NCBI GenBank assembly: GCA_009602735.1
Contig: WELA01001020.1
Location: 152,403-216,402, forward strand
Source of the DNA: Mesotaenium endlicherianum
Taxonomy: Eukaryota
DNA: 64,000 nucleotides
Direction: 5' to 3'
In this document: positions 53,207-64,000 of the stretch, piece after piece
How positions within the stretch are numbered: the first letter of the stretch is position 1
Layout: each line of letters starts with the position of its first letter
Notes under the pieces: model-generated
Told to the model about the DNA's origin: nothing
What the model saw: only the letters and a program-made list of their open reading frames with translations
Database searches by the model: none
Program-made: the position numbers and the translations under genes

Positions 53207-54883
53207 TTAAGGGGTGGTTCCTGGGGCTTCAGGATCAGGGGACGGAGATCTGGACCTAGATCTGGACAGCCCTCTAGGTCTGTCAGCTGGCCTTCTAAAG
53301 AACCCGGTTTGCTCTAAAGTTGGACCTCGAGGAGAACGAAGGATGGTAGCCTGCTCTTCAACCACTTGGGTGTTGATGCCCACATAGACAGGCATTCCAG
53401 TAGGATGCTGAAATACATTGGCTAGAGGTACATGCCCCTGAGCGGAGGGGGAGGCTGGCATACCTCTGGCCCACCCGCGTGTCCCTCTTCTGGCACCCCT
53501 GTCCTCTGGGGATTTCTGCCTGTGTCTGCTGCCCAATACAGTCAGATCAGCTTCTTCCCCTGCTTGGGCAGGTGGGCTGTGGGAGCGAGCGCGGGCTCCA
53601 GTTGTCGCCATAACGGGGATCACATTCCAAACACCTGATCGTGGTTCTTTAAGAAGCGCCCCTACCTGTCCCTGGGTATCCTGAGTACCTGCTGCTGATG
53701 CTTCTCCTCTGCCTTGTTCTTCTTCCTCATCCTCCTCATCCTCCTCCTCGGAGAGAGTAGGGGTCTCGTCCACTAAGTCGTCCTGCTCCCTAGTAGACAT
53801 GGAGTAGTCTACCGACCTCCCTTTCTTAGGGCGCGCTGGAGGTTGCTTGGCCTTCAGCCTACTGATATCTATCCGGCCTGCATTCTTTGCCCATTTGACA
53901 AAGGCATGCTTTCCCTTAGAGAAGTACTCTCTTCCCCTCCTCCTATGTTCCTTGGTCTCTGCATTCATATTGCTCAGGCATCCATTCAGCCTGGGGTCCC
54001 AAGGGGCAATGTGAGGTGGTAGGATGAGATAGCCGTCTAGGCCATAGTGGAAGTCATCCGGTTGGGCTCGGTCACACTCCTGCTTCTTATTTGTGACGGT
54101 CATCCACCTCCAGTCTGTTGGCTGCTGGTAGTACTGGGGTCCGTGCTCAGCCTTCCTCAGTTTACACGGGAACCAGTGGGGAGAGAACATCTGCTGTCCT
54201 GCTTCCCTGGCCAAGTACTCCCAGCTCCTTCTCTCAACTTCATTGTAAGCTGGCAGGAGTGTGAGGTAGAATACCGTATCCTTAAAGCTATCGGGCCGCA
54301 TGCTCACCATCCGGATGAGTCTCTGATCTCCCACTATTCCCGGTATGGGGACCGGCTTGTCCTCTGAATCATCTGCGAGATACCGGGCCTGCTCTGCTGT
54401 ATAGCCCACCATCTTAGCATAATCTTCGTAAAGGACCACGCCGGTGTGTGTCTCGATGTACCTGTCCAGTGCTGTAGCTCCTTCCTTCTGTAGCAGTGTT
54501 GTCTGTTCCAGCCTGTTGATCTCCTGGGCTGCCAGCAATGCTTCCTTCAGGTTATCGAAGTTTTGGCCACCCACCACAGTATACCTGTAAGTGGCCAAGC
54601 TCTTCTGTCTGTCCGCTTCAATCTTTTTTCTTTTCTCCTCTTCTGCCGCTGCCGCTTCTTCTTGCTGTTTCTTCTGTCTCTCCTCCTCAGCCTTCCTGAG
54701 GTTTTCCGCTTCCTGATCCTTCTTCCTCTGTGCCTCTTCTGCCGCCTCTTGTTGTTTGCGGACCCTTTCTTGTTCTCTCCTGGTGAGGGACGTCGCCGCC
54801 AGCTCCTTCTGGTATTGCTCCATTGTCCTCCTGGCTTCTTCTGCCTTGCGCTTTCTGTCCTCCTTTTGTGTGGTGGGCGCCAT
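53207..54883 (-). CDS. Unknown extra protein (558 aa) between pol and the 3' LTR
   Basis: Uninterrupted ORF, conserved in the second copy. The start MAPTT at 54883 lies 1 nt after an intron acceptor and matches the start in the older copy (51531). Confidence 0.85.
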   Translation of the reverse strand: MAPTTQKEDRKRKAEEARRTMEQYQKELAATSLTRREQERVRKQQEAAEEAQRKKDQEAENLRKAEEERQKKQQEEAAAAEEEKRKKIEADRQKSLATYRYTVVGGQNFDNLKEALLAAQEINRLEQTTLLQKEGATALDRYIETHTGVVLYEDYAKMVGYTAEQARYLADDSEDKPVPIPGIVGDQRLIRMVSMRPDSFKDTVFYLTLLPAYNEVERRSWEYLAREAGQQMFSPHWFPCKLRKAEHGPQYYQQPTDWRWMTVTNKKQECDRAQPDDFHYGLDGYLILPPHIAPWDPRLNGCLSNMNAETKEHRRRGREYFSKGKHAFVKWAKNAGRIDISRLKAKQPPARPKKGRSVDYSMSTREQDDLVDETPTLSEEEDEEDEEEEQGRGEASAAGTQDTQGQVGALLKEPRSGVWNVIPVMATTGARARSHSPPAQAGEEADLTVLGSRHRQKSPEDRGARRGTRGWARGMPASPSAQGHVPLANVFQHPTGMPVYVGINTQVVEEQATILRSPRGPTLEQTGFFRRPADRPRGLSRSRSRSPSPDPEAPGTTP

Positions 54884-54884
54884 C

Positions 54885-54987
54885 CTGCACATGTAACCAG
54901 GGCACAAGTTAGTAGGATATGGACCTTTGTCATAGGGATTGCAGGAAGTATGTTAGTATTTAGTATAGTGGCTTCGCTGCTGTTTAC
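54885..54987 (-). other. 103-nt GT-AG spliceosomal intron in the leader of the extra gene
   Basis: AAG|GTAAAC donor, TACTAAC branch site (54914-54908), TGCAG|G acceptor; exactly absent at 51532/51533 in the older copy. Confidence 0.88.
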
Positions 54988-55150
54988 CTTACAGGATGAT
55001 TGCTAAAAGTTGACGTAGTTGCGATGCGCTACACATAAACGTATGAGTGTGTTTTTATCGCTCTCGCTCACTAACTGTCATATATTTTCCCCTCCAACTT
55101 AAATGGAGACAGGACCGCCTGTCACCTTCCCGTGTCAACTGAAATGACAG

Positions 55151-58100
55151 TTATGGAGGGACTCCAGCGGCCCGAAGGTGGAACCGTGTCAACGCCCCTT
55201 TGGCATTGGTCAAGTGGTCCTTAAACTCCCAAGTGTCCCCAGAGGCATCGTAACCCTTCCATCGAATGAGGTATTTCATGACATATTTAGACGATCGACG
55301 GACCGAGCGAGCGTCTAAAATCTCATCGACCTCATATTCCTCAGGGTCGCCGTCCCGGACAGCGGGGACCGGTCCCGGTTGGACAGGGAACCGACCTGTG
55401 AACAGTGTATCACCTTTGATGTACGGTTCCAGGAAGGAGACATTAAAGACCGGGTGCCCCTTGTATTCAGCTGACATGTTCAGTTTGTAAGCATTCTGAC
55501 CGACACGACGGACCACCGAATATGGACCGACCCAGACAGGGCCAAGCTTTTTCTTGACCACACCAGGGAGGTACAGGTGCTGAGAATGCAGTTTGACTAA
55601 ATCCCCCTTGGAAAATGTCAGTTCCCGACGGTGTTGATTAGCGTATTTTTGTTGGTTTTCTTGGGCCGTGTGCAAGTTTCGTTGGACTTCTGACAGGGTG
55701 TCAGCAAACTCCTGAGTTAACTGGAGGGAGACCGGGTTGTCAATCCCTTCAGGGTGAGTTAAAGATTCCCCTAGCACATCTAGAGGAGACTTAGGGACTC
55801 TACCCAGGCTGAGTTCAAAAGGAGTTTTGCCCGTTGACGCGTGCACCGCACTGTTGACCGCAAACTGAATTTGAGGCAACAGGTCATCCCAATTATCTTG
55901 TTTTTGGTTAATATATGCTCTCAGCACCTCCTGCAGAACTCGGTTAGTTCTTTCAGTCTGCCCATCAGTCTGAGGGTGGTTTGCTGTGCTGAGCAGCTGT
56001 TTGACTCCCATTAACCCCATTAAAGCTCTCCAGAACTTAGAGGTGAATTTTGAGTCTCTGTCTGAGATGATATTAGAAGGGAGCCCATGTTGGCATACTA
56101 CATGGTTGTAAAACTGTCTCGCTGTTTCGAGTGCAGTCACTTTGACAGTTGTGGGGATAAAAATGACCATTTTTGTCAGTTTATCCACGACTACCAGTAT
56201 TGAATCATGCCCGTTGGCAGTTCTTGGTAGTGAGACCACCCAGTCCATGGATATAGTTTCCCAGCGTCCCGCTGGGATGGGTAGCGGTTGCAAGAGACCT
56301 CCGGGTGGTGTGTGCCGAGACTTATTTCTCTGACACTGGTCACAGGACTTGACATATTTCAAGACCTCCCGGGGTAACCCCTCCCAATGATAATGTTTTG
56401 CCAGTTTGCCAACAGTTTTGGCCTGCCCCAAATGTCCACCCAGGAGACTGTCATGAGCTTGACTCAGTAAGAGAGACCTTATTTCCAAATTATTAGGAAT
56501 GACCAGCTTCAGCCTGCCTGAAGTGGTTTCAGACACCCAGACCCACCCCTTGAGCTTATACCCGAGTGCAGTAGCACGACACACAGCAGTAGTGGGGCTG
56601 GGCTCAAATGTTGGGTCAAAAAGGTAGGCTTTCCTAAGTTGTTCAAGGAAGGACTTTTTCACTTTTAGTGAAGTGAGTGCACACAGGACTTTATCTACAG
56701 TATGCTGACTAAAGTTCCTTTCTTGCAAGTCAGGTCTTCTAGAGAGTGCATCAGCAGGATTCAACTTCCCTGGTTTGTAGTCGATCTGGACTTGGAACTG
56801 CTCCAGCATCTGGCTCCAGCGGTTCTCCCTCCTCGACAGCTTGGACTTCTTCTGAAAGTGGGTCAGAGCTAGATGATCTGTAATCACCTTAAAAGCTTTA
56901 CCATGTAAGTATGCTCTCCACTGTTTGAGTACATGAATGATAGCTAGCAGCTCTTTATCATGCACTGAGTAATTAATCTCCGCTGGATTAAATTTCATAG
57001 ACTCATACAACACAGGATGCCACTCCTGCCGTACCTTACCATCCTTTGTGGTTTTGTCAGCAGGCTGCAACAAAATAGCACCCATGGCAAAATCAGAGGC
57101 ATCAGTAACCACCTGCACCGGTTTGCTGGGGTCATACACGGCTAGCACTGGGGCAGAACAAAGGGCATCTTTAAGGGTCTGGAAGGCAGCCTGCTGCTCT
57201 TCCCCCCACACATACCCGATGTCTTTCTTAGTAAGGTCAGTCAGTTTACTGGCCTTTGTGGAATAATTCTCAATAAATCTCCTATAGTAGTTAGCCAACC
57301 CGAGGAAGGATCTAACTTCAGAGACAGACTGTGGTACTGGCCAGTCCCTTATGGTCTGGACTTTCTTAGGATCCACACTGATGCCCTCTTTACTGACAAC
57401 GTGGCCTAAGAATTCAATACTTTCCTTAAAGAAATCACACTTGCTCATTTTAGCATACAAGTGATTTTTCCGCAGAGTGTCCAGCACTTTCTTTAAGTGT
57501 TCAGTGTGCTGAGCTTCATCTTTAGAGAAAATTAAAATATCATCCAGGAAAACTTGCACAAACTTATCCAAATAAGGTCTGAAAATGTCATTCATAGCAC
57601 CCATAAAGGTAGCAGGAGCATTAGTCAGTCCAAATGGCATCACGTTGAACTCATAGTGTCCATAACGTGTGCGGAAAGCAGTCTTGTGTTCATCCCCCTC
57701 AGCAATTCTGATTTGATGATAACCACTCTTGAGATCTATCTTACTGAACACCTTAGCGCCAGACAGGGTATCAAGCAAGTCCTCGATTCTGGGTAAAGCA
57801 TACTTGTTCTTTACTGTAATTCTGTTCAGGGCTCTGTAATCCACACACATCCGCATACTGCCATCCTTTTTCTTAACAAATAGGATAGGTGCGCCGTACG
57901 GTGATTTACTGGGAGAAATGTAACCATTTTCCTCCAGCTCTGCAATCTGTGTTTTCAACTCCTCACTCTCCAAATAAGACAAGCCATACGTGCGTTGCCA
58001 GGGTGGCTGGCTACCAGGTAATAAATCAATCCTATGATCTACTTCCCGCTTAGGGGGTAGTCCTGGAGGCATATTAAACACATCCGTGTACTGAGCAACA

Positions 58101-58960
58101 ATGTTTGCAGCAGTAGGGTGTTCCGGAGGGTGTACCTTTTTCTCAACCACTTCTTCAGGTTGAGGAGGTACCTCTCTTAGCAGCAGACAGAACATTCTGT
58201 CTTCCTTCTGGTTCCAGCTTTTGACGAACTCCATTGCATTCAGCAACTTGCATCCTTCTGGAAGCCTCTTCTTTTCCTTCATTTGCCATCCACACAGGAC
58301 AAGAGGAAGAGCACTGGTGGGTGCCAAGTCAGTCTGCCCATCACTGGCTCCTCTCACTTTAACTGTACCTCTGCTCCAACACACTTCAGCTTGATGTCTA
58401 TTAAGCCAGGACCTGCCTAGCACGAGATCATAAAAGCCAGTGTTGAGTACCTCAAATGTAAGCGTTTCAGTTAGAACTGCAATGCCAGAACCTAACTGGA
58501 CCTCAATAGGCTTGGTTATAACTCCTCCCGGGATACTTGAGGCATCTCCAAGGAATATTTTTCTATTCCCTTGGGTGACAGTAGGCAGCCTTAGCCGCTT
58601 AACTAAGTCCTTGTGGATAAAAGTATGTGACGCCCCTCCGTCAACAAATGCCCTCACCTTCCTACCTGCAATCATGCAATGCAGTAGGATAGGGGGGACT
58701 GTCTTTTCCTGACTTTCGCATTGTTCTCCTGACGTAGCAAAGAAATGTTGGACATCAGGTGGAACAAGAGCATCCAGAGTGTGCACTCTCTGGACGTCTA
58801 TATTGCTGATGGTCTCCTTTATCTGGTTGTCAGGCATGCATAGTGAATCCAGTTCAGCAGGACCCATAATACCTGCTACGAGGGCAGCTAGTGACGACTC
58901 ACTATCTCTAGCATCCTCACAGTCAGTAGACTGGATTACTGACTGTTGCTGTCTTTTAAA
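55151..58960 (-). CDS. pol: Pol (PR-RT-RNase H-integrase-chromodomain), entered by -1 frameshift from gag
   Basis: [35 protein letters not shown] and DDE integrase, GPY motif, chromodomain EYEVDEIL...YLIRWKGYD...TWE. The frame is open upstream of the ATG at 58867 into the gag overlap. Confidence 0.95.
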   Translation of the reverse strand, partial: FKRQQQSVIQSTDCEDARDSESSLAALVAGIMGPAELDSLCMPDNQIKETISNIDVQRVHTLDALVPPDVQHFFATSGEQCESQEKTVPPILLHCMIAGRKVRAFVDGGASHTFIHKDLVKRLRLPTVTQGNRKIFLGDASSIPGGVITKPIEVQLGSGIAVLTETLTFEVLNTGFYDLVLGRSWLNRHQAEVCWSRGTVKVRGASDGQTDLAPTSALPLVLCGWQMKEKKRLPEGCKLLNAMEFVKSWNQKEDRMFCLLLREVPPQPEEVVEKKVHPPEHPTAANIVAQYTDVFNMPPGLPPKREVDHRIDLLPGSQPPWQRTYGLSYLESEELKTQIAELEENGYISPSKSPYGAPILFVKKKDGSMRMCVDYRALNRITVKNKYALPRIEDLLDTLSGAKVFSKIDLKSGYHQIRIAEGDEHKTAFRTRYGHYEFNVMPFGLTNAPATFMGAMNDIFRPYLDKFVQVFLDDILIFSKDEAQHTEHLKKVLDTLRKNHLYAKMSKCDFFKESIEFLGHVVSKEGISVDPKKVQTIRDWPVPQSVSEVRSFLGLANYYRRFIENYSTKASKLTDLTKKDIGYVWGEEQQAAFQTLKDALCSAPVLAVYDPSKPVQVVTDASDFAMGAILLQPADKTTKDGKVRQEWHPVLYESMKFNPAEINYSVHDKELLAIIHVLKQWRAYLHGKAFKVITDHLALTHFQKKSKLSRRENRWSQMLEQFQVQIDYKPGKLNPADALSRRPDLQERNFSQHTVDKVLCALTSLKVKKSFLEQLRKAYLFDPTFEPSPTTAVCRATALGYKLKGWVWVSETTSGRLKLVIPNNLEIRSLLLSQAHDSLLGGHLGQAKTVGKLAKHYHWEGLPREVLKYVKSCDQCQRNKSRHTPPGGLLQPLPIPAGRWETISMDWVVSLPRTANGHDSILVVVDKLTKMVIFIPTTVKVTALETARQFYNHVVCQHGLPSNIISDRDSKFTSKFWRALMGLMGVKQLLSTANHPQTDGQTERTNRVLQEVLRAYINQKQDNWDDLLPQIQFAVNSAVHASTGKTPFELSLGRVPKSPLDVLGESLTHPEGIDNPVSLQLTQEFADTLSEVQRNLHTAQENQQKYANQHRRELTFSKGDLVKLHSQHLYLPGVVKKKLGPVWVGPYSVVRRVGQNAYKLNMSAEYKGHPVFNVSFLEPYIKGDTLFTGRFPVQPGPVPAVRDGDPEEYEVDEILDARSVRRSSKYVMKYLIRWKGYDASGDTWEFKDHLTNAKGALTRFHLRAAGVPP
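58919..58960 (-). promoter_or_regulatory. -1 programmed ribosomal frameshift signal
   Basis: T TTA AAA in the gag frame (58960-58954), 7-nt spacer, perfect 10-bp stem ACAGTCAGTA/TACTGACTGT with an 8-nt loop. Confidence 0.85.
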
Positions 58961-60414
58961 GGCTGGTCTTTTCTCTCGACCTTAGGCAGGTGCTTGACCG
59001 GACACTGTTCTCTGTAGTGGCCTTTCTGCTGACAATGGTAGCAAGTAGATTTTGCTGAGGCTGGTCTCGGCTTAGTCCTACCACCACCCCTTCCATAGCC
59101 ACCTCGAGAGGGACCACCTCTACCTCTAGACTGAATAGCATTGTACTCATACTCATATTCATCACCCTGATTATCCTCAGCCTGGTCTCCTTCAACTGCA
59201 TTGTAGGAACCGTGGGGCTTTTTGACAATCTTAGACACCAAAGCGTTACTCTGGCGCTTGTGATTGAACTGCTGCTGATCCCAGGCGTCAGCATCCTGGA
59301 TCAAGTCAGCCAGTTTCTCATACTTTTTCTCAGCAAAATGACCAGAGACCTCGGATTTCAAGCCATACCTGAAGTATGCTATCCTATACCGTTCTGGCAA
59401 ATCAGGCTGCTTCATCATGTTCTCTTGGAACTTTTGAGCAAACTCAGCAACTGAAGTGGTCTGCTTCAGTGTCAGGGAGATCATCGCATAGATAGCTTTC
59501 TCCTGCTGGTTGATGACATCAAACTTCTCATGCAACTTCTCGACAAACTCTACCCACGTAGGGTCACCGAGTTGCCGAGCCTTACGCTCTTCCTTCCAGT
59601 AAAGCCACCAGTCTGCGGCACTGCCTTTCAGTAGCGCATCGGTGTGCCTGACCTTCTCGTAATCTTGCAGTTCTGGGTAGTTCTCCAGCCACTGCTCAAC
59701 ATCCGCGAGAAACTTGATCAGGTAATATTTTCTGTTTCCCTCAGGATCATAGCCCTGGGGAGGTTTCGGCTTGGGCTTACTAGGCCCTCGGCCACCACCA
59801 CTAGTGGTGTGAGACCCCAGTTGGTCTCTGTCCCGGAGTAGGGACATTATGATTCTTTTGTCCTCCTGCTGGGACTGATACATGGTCGCCATTTGCGACT
59901 GCATCTGAACAAACAATGCTCCCAAGTCTACATTTTGGGGTGGTAGATTAGCAGATGCAGCAGCAGCATTGGCATCCACTCGCTGAGTAGTGTCCTCAAC
60001 AGTCCCTCTTGCTCCTGCAGCAGCAATTTCTGCCGCATTCAGCCGGTCACGTATTTGACCTAGGGGTACATTGAGTTGTACGGCAGGAGGTGGGTTCAGA
60101 ACATTGGCCCTTGATGCCATAAGTTCTTCAACAGTGCGCTCGTCAGCTGGCTGTCCTTCCCTCCTTTGTATATCTTCAGCGGCCTTTGCTACTTGTTCAG
60201 CTTCTAGTCTGGCTATCTCCTCCTCAGCTTGCTGAGCTGCGACTGAGGCAATAGCAGCTGCCTCATCTGCAGCCTCCCTAGCTGCAGTATCCGCTACTGC
60301 TTCCGAATAGGTACGGTTTCCCGCTACATGGCTTTCCGCCTGGTTTTCGACATTCTCGTTATCCTGGTTCTCCATGTCTCGGGAGTTGCTAGTTTGAGAC
60401 CTTGTCCTTACCAT
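58936..60414 (-). CDS. gag: Gag (492 aa) with CCHC zinc knuckle
   Basis: MVRTRS start, capsid motif LKGSAADWW..., knuckle [14 protein letters not shown]. Confidence 0.93.
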   Translation of the reverse strand: MVRTRSQTSNSRDMENQDNENVENQAESHVAGNRTYSEAVADTAAREAADEAAAIASVAAQQAEEEIARLEAEQVAKAAEDIQRREGQPADERTVEELMASRANVLNPPPAVQLNVPLGQIRDRLNAAEIAAAGARGTVEDTTQRVDANAAAASANLPPQNVDLGALFVQMQSQMATMYQSQQEDKRIIMSLLRDRDQLGSHTTSGGGRGPSKPKPKPPQGYDPEGNRKYYLIKFLADVEQWLENYPELQDYEKVRHTDALLKGSAADWWLYWKEERKARQLGDPTWVEFVEKLHEKFDVINQQEKAIYAMISLTLKQTTSVAEFAQKFQENMMKQPDLPERYRIAYFRYGLKSEVSGHFAEKKYEKLADLIQDADAWDQQQFNHKRQSNALVSKIVKKPHGSYNAVEGDQAEDNQGDEYEYEYNAIQSRGRGGPSRGGYGRGGGRTKPRPASAKSTCYHCQQKGHYREQCPVKHLPKVERKDQPLKDSNSQ

Positions 60415-60435
60415 ACAAAGAAGACTGTGATAACT

Positions 60436-60447
60436 GCTCCGATACCA
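60436..60447 (-). promoter_or_regulatory. Primer-binding site (initiator tRNA-Met type)
   Basis: TGGTATCGGAGC, 1 nt after the 5' LTR; consensus is TGGTATCAGAGC. Confidence 0.9.
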
Positions 60448-63400
60448 CTGAAATGAATCGACTTACCAAATAGGCGATTAACAATTAATAAAGATCTTTA
60501 TATCAGCAAGTAATCTTTATGGTATTTCCGTTAACTAGTTAAACGGCAAAGGACAATACACTAGCAGGGAATAATACTCGTAAGTCAAATGCGAGTAAAC
60601 TAGCATCAATGATGCAAATCAGTAAACTCATACATAAGCAAGGTTAGAAGACAGTGCGTATCAATGGCTTCTCGCCTTGGATTCAGAGTTCTCTCAGTAA
60701 GCTGTACAAGAAAGTTGGCCTCGTTTCCGAATGCCCAACTCGAGAGCAATGCCTAGCATATGTACATGGAATGAGTATACTGTTCAACGGTCAGTGCAAT
60801 GGCACCGCCTACCCGGGAGTTAACCACGTTGGTAGGACCTCTGTTAACCAAATCCACCGCCATCTCCCATCATCCCGAATAGCCATCCATCATGGGGATG
60901 TCATCTGGCCATTCATCTAGCAGGTGGTACTTAGATGCATATCAAGGCAGTTCGCTGCTACCGAGCATGGAAGTCAGCTGGCTGTCAAAGAATGTGTCAG
61001 CAAGCTGACTTAAGTTGACTTCAGCCTGCTGCTTTTGGCCGAGTCATTAAACTGATACTTATGTAAAGTTCAGCAGACTGATTACTAACTAAAGTTCAGC
61101 AGACTGACTACTAACTAAAGTCCAGCAGGCTGAACTAAATTAACTAATATATTTAAATGAATATTATATCTACTAATATACTGATTCATTACATATATCA
61201 GTCATATATAGGATGTAATATCAGTAGGTTGACATATAGTAAGCTCTCCTCATATTAGTCAGTAGACGTAGCTTCAGTACGCTGAGGATAGATACATTCA
61301 TTTAGATTATTATTTGTAGATTGGCACATGTAACCGTAGTATACTGAAAGTCGGAAGGTCGGCAGAGATTCGGTAAACCGATGTCCTACCAGTGTGGTCA
61401 ACTCCTGGGTGGGCGGAGCCGTCGTCAGTCAACTGAACAATTAGGACTTCAATCAACCGACCAATTAATATGGTCGTTATACCTAGATCCGTGGGTCCCA
61501 ACTTAACGGGTTTCCCACGACACGGCGCACCTTGCGTCGTGGTCAACCAGGTGGTCACTAGGTACTTAGCAGGCTGGGATCTCGTGGTCCCTCATTCTGG
61601 ACAGTAGGCTTTATAGTCGGATTTCTACTTGCAAGTGATGTGTGCACTTTTTGGGTTAGTTCTAGTGACCAGCCTTCACGAAAATTGACATGGCTGCTTC
61701 GTTTGCGCTCCAAATGGAGCGAACTAGAACTTTTCGGAAAGGTCTTGTCAAGATGCATCCGTTGCCGTTAAGTTTGCAAAATTTGGAGTAGTATTAACAG
61801 AGACATGCCCTCTGACAGTTTGGGGTCACACAACGGACAGATTCCATGGTTTTTGCACCTAAGTCAGTGGGATGTGTTTGAGCTACTTTATGGTCATCTG
61901 AATGAGAGCGCCTTTGCTATTCAGTCCCCTGATGTTGTGTATGTGCTTACATATGCTTGTGTGCCTGGTAGGCAAGAGGTCATGAGTTTCTAAAGGAGAA
62001 GCTCTAGTCCTCAAGCTCGCCTCTTTCTTGTGCCTTGTATTTGTGTGCAACTATGGCACACTACGATAAGTGAGTCAAGGGTTATAGATGAGTAAACGGA
62101 ATTCATTATAAGGGCAAAGATCGCTCCCTGATTTCACACGCTTCCACCTATCTCTGATCTTTTATATTCAAATGAAATATATTAATCTTGAATAAGCAAG
62201 ATTCATTTCAGTCCCCTTTGGTGTAAGGTTCTAGGAAGGAGACATTAAAGACCGGGTGACCCTTGTATTCTGCTGACATGTGCAGTTTGTAAGCATTCTG
62301 ACCGACACGGCGCACCACCGATATGGATCGACCCAGACAAGACCAAGCTTTTTCTTGACCACACCAGGGAGGTACAGGTGTTGAGAATGTAGTTTGACTA
62401 AATCGCCCTTAGAAAAGGTCAGTATTCGACGGTGCTGATTAGCGTACTTTTGTTGGTTTGCTTGGGCTTTGTACAGCTTCTGTTGGACTTCTAACAGGGC
62501 GTCAGCAAACTCCTGAGTTAACTGGAGGGAGATCGGGTTGTCAATCCCTGCAGGGTGAGTTAAAGACTCCCCTAGGACATCTAAAGGAGACTTAGGGACT
62601 CTATCCAGGCTTAGTTCAAGAGGAGTCTTGCCCGTTGACGCGTGCACCGCATTGTTGACCGCAAATTGGATTTGAGGTAACAAGTCATCCCAATTATTTT
62701 ATTTTTGGTTAATATAGGCTCTCAGTACCTCTTGCAGAACTCGATTAGTTCTTTCAGTCTGCCCATCAGTCTGAGGGTGGTTTGCTGTGCTGAGCAGCTG
62801 CCTGACTCCCATTAACCCCATTAAAGCCCTCCAGAACTTAGAGGTGAATTTTGAGTCTCTGTCTGAGATGATATTAAAGGGTAGCCCATGTTGGCAAACT
62901 ACATGGTTGTAGAACTGTCTCGTTGTTTCGAGTGCAGTTACTTTGACAGTTGTGGGGATGAAAATGACCATTTTTGCCAGTTTATCCACAACTACTAGTA
63001 TCGAATTATGCCCATTGGCAGTTCGTGGCAGTGTGACCACCCGGTCCATGGATATTGTTTCCCAGCGGCCAGCTGGGATGGGCAGCGGTTGTAAGAGGCC
63101 CCCCGGTGGTGTGTGCCAAGACTTATTACTGGTCACAGGACTTAGCGTATTTCAAGACCTCCCAAGGTAATCCCTCCCAATGATAATGTTTTGCCAGTTT
63201 GCCAACAGTTTTGGCCTGCCCCAAATGCCCACCCAGTAAACTGTCATGTGCTTGACTCAATAAGAGGGACCTTATTTTCACGTTATTAGGAACGACCAGC
63301 TTCAGCCGGCCTGAAGTGGTTTTAGTCACCCAGGCCCCTCCCTTAAGCTTATACCCGAGTGCAGTAGCACGACACACACCAGTAGTGGGGTTGGGCTCAA

Positions 63401-64000
63401 ATGTTCGGTCAGAAAGGGAGGCTTTCCTAAGTTGTTCAAGGAAGGATTTTTTCACCTTCAGCGAAGTGAGTGCACACAGGACTTTATCTACAGCATGCTG
63501 ACTAAAGGTCCTTTCTTGCAAGTCAGGTCTTGTAGAGAGGGCATCAGCAGGATTTAACTTCCCTGGTTTGTAGATGATCTGGACTTAGACTGCTCCAGCA
63601 TCTGGCTCCAGCGGTTCTCCCTCCTTGACAGCTTGGACTTCTTCTGAAAGTGAGTCAGAGCTAGATGATCTGTAATCACCTTAAAAACTTTACCATGTAA
63701 GTATGCTATCCATTGTTTGAGCACATGAAGGATAGCTAGCAGCTCTTTATCATGCACTGAGTAATTAATCTCCGCTGGATTAACTTTCATACTCGTACAA
63801 CACAGGATGCCACTCCTGCCGTACATTACCATCCTTTGTGGTTTTGTCAGCAGGCTGCAACAAAATAGCACCCATGGCAAAGTCAGAGGCATTAGTGACC
63901 ACCTGCACCCGTTTGCTGGGGTCATACACGGCTAGCACTGGGGCAGAACAGAGAGCATCTTTAAGGGTCTGGAAGGTAGCCTGCTGCTCTTCCCCCCACA

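Larger units (their letters stand above)
52349..61193 (-). mobile_element. Intact, young Ty3/Gypsy chromovirus (family B), 8845 bp
   Basis: 745-bp LTRs at 60449-61193 and 52349-53093, with about 12 mismatches by eye (~98%). PBS, gag, pol, extra ORF and PPT are all present and uninterrupted. Confidence 0.97.
52088..62210 (+). mobile_element. Solo LTR, family A, copy 4, split into 52088-52348 and 61194-62210
   Basis: TGTGATGAATC...GATTCATTTCA; TSD GTCCC (52083-52087 / 62211-62215) inside the pol of the older B copy. Confidence 0.9.
48531..64000 (-). mobile_element. Older copy of chromovirus family B (3' LTR 48531-49250; continues beyond the window), hosting three nested insertions
   Basis: LTR is homologous to 52349-53093. 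Decayed pol at 51825-52087 and 62211-64000; extra-gene copy at ~49365-51531. Confidence 0.9.

Noticed and set aside
53207..54883. Extra ORF interpreted as env
   Set aside because: No signal peptide or hydrophobic transmembrane stretch is visible; the protein is highly charged.
54884..54907. Upstream start giving the 566-aa version of the extra ORF
   Set aside because: It lies inside the intron; the ATG at 54883 is the one conserved in the second copy.

Overview
Eukaryotic nuclear scaffold with two N gaps. Gene content, intron style and TE families suggest a streptophyte green alga such as a zygnematophyte; this is inference only. Left part (1-27 kb): five intron-containing housekeeping genes - a CinA/molybdopterin-binding-domain (FAD diphosphatase-like) gene, RBM25, LSM12 (with an AT-AC U12 intron), EAF6/MEAF6 and ADF/cofilin. 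Four have complete in-phase exon models; the first has an unresolved last exon. Right part (27-64 kb): a nested TE island. It holds (i) a decayed gag-protease-C5 DNA methyltransferase retroelement plus two further relics of that family, (ii) four solo LTRs of one family (A) and two or three other solo LTRs, (iii) a hAT transposase remnant, and (iv) two nested copies of a chromodomain Ty3/Gypsy element (family B). Family B carries an unknown ~558-aa extra gene between pol and the 3' LTR. That gene is bracketed by duplicated polypurine tracts and preceded by a 103-nt spliceosomal intron that is present in one copy and precisely absent in the other. The intact copy also shows a textbook -1 frameshift cassette between gag and pol.
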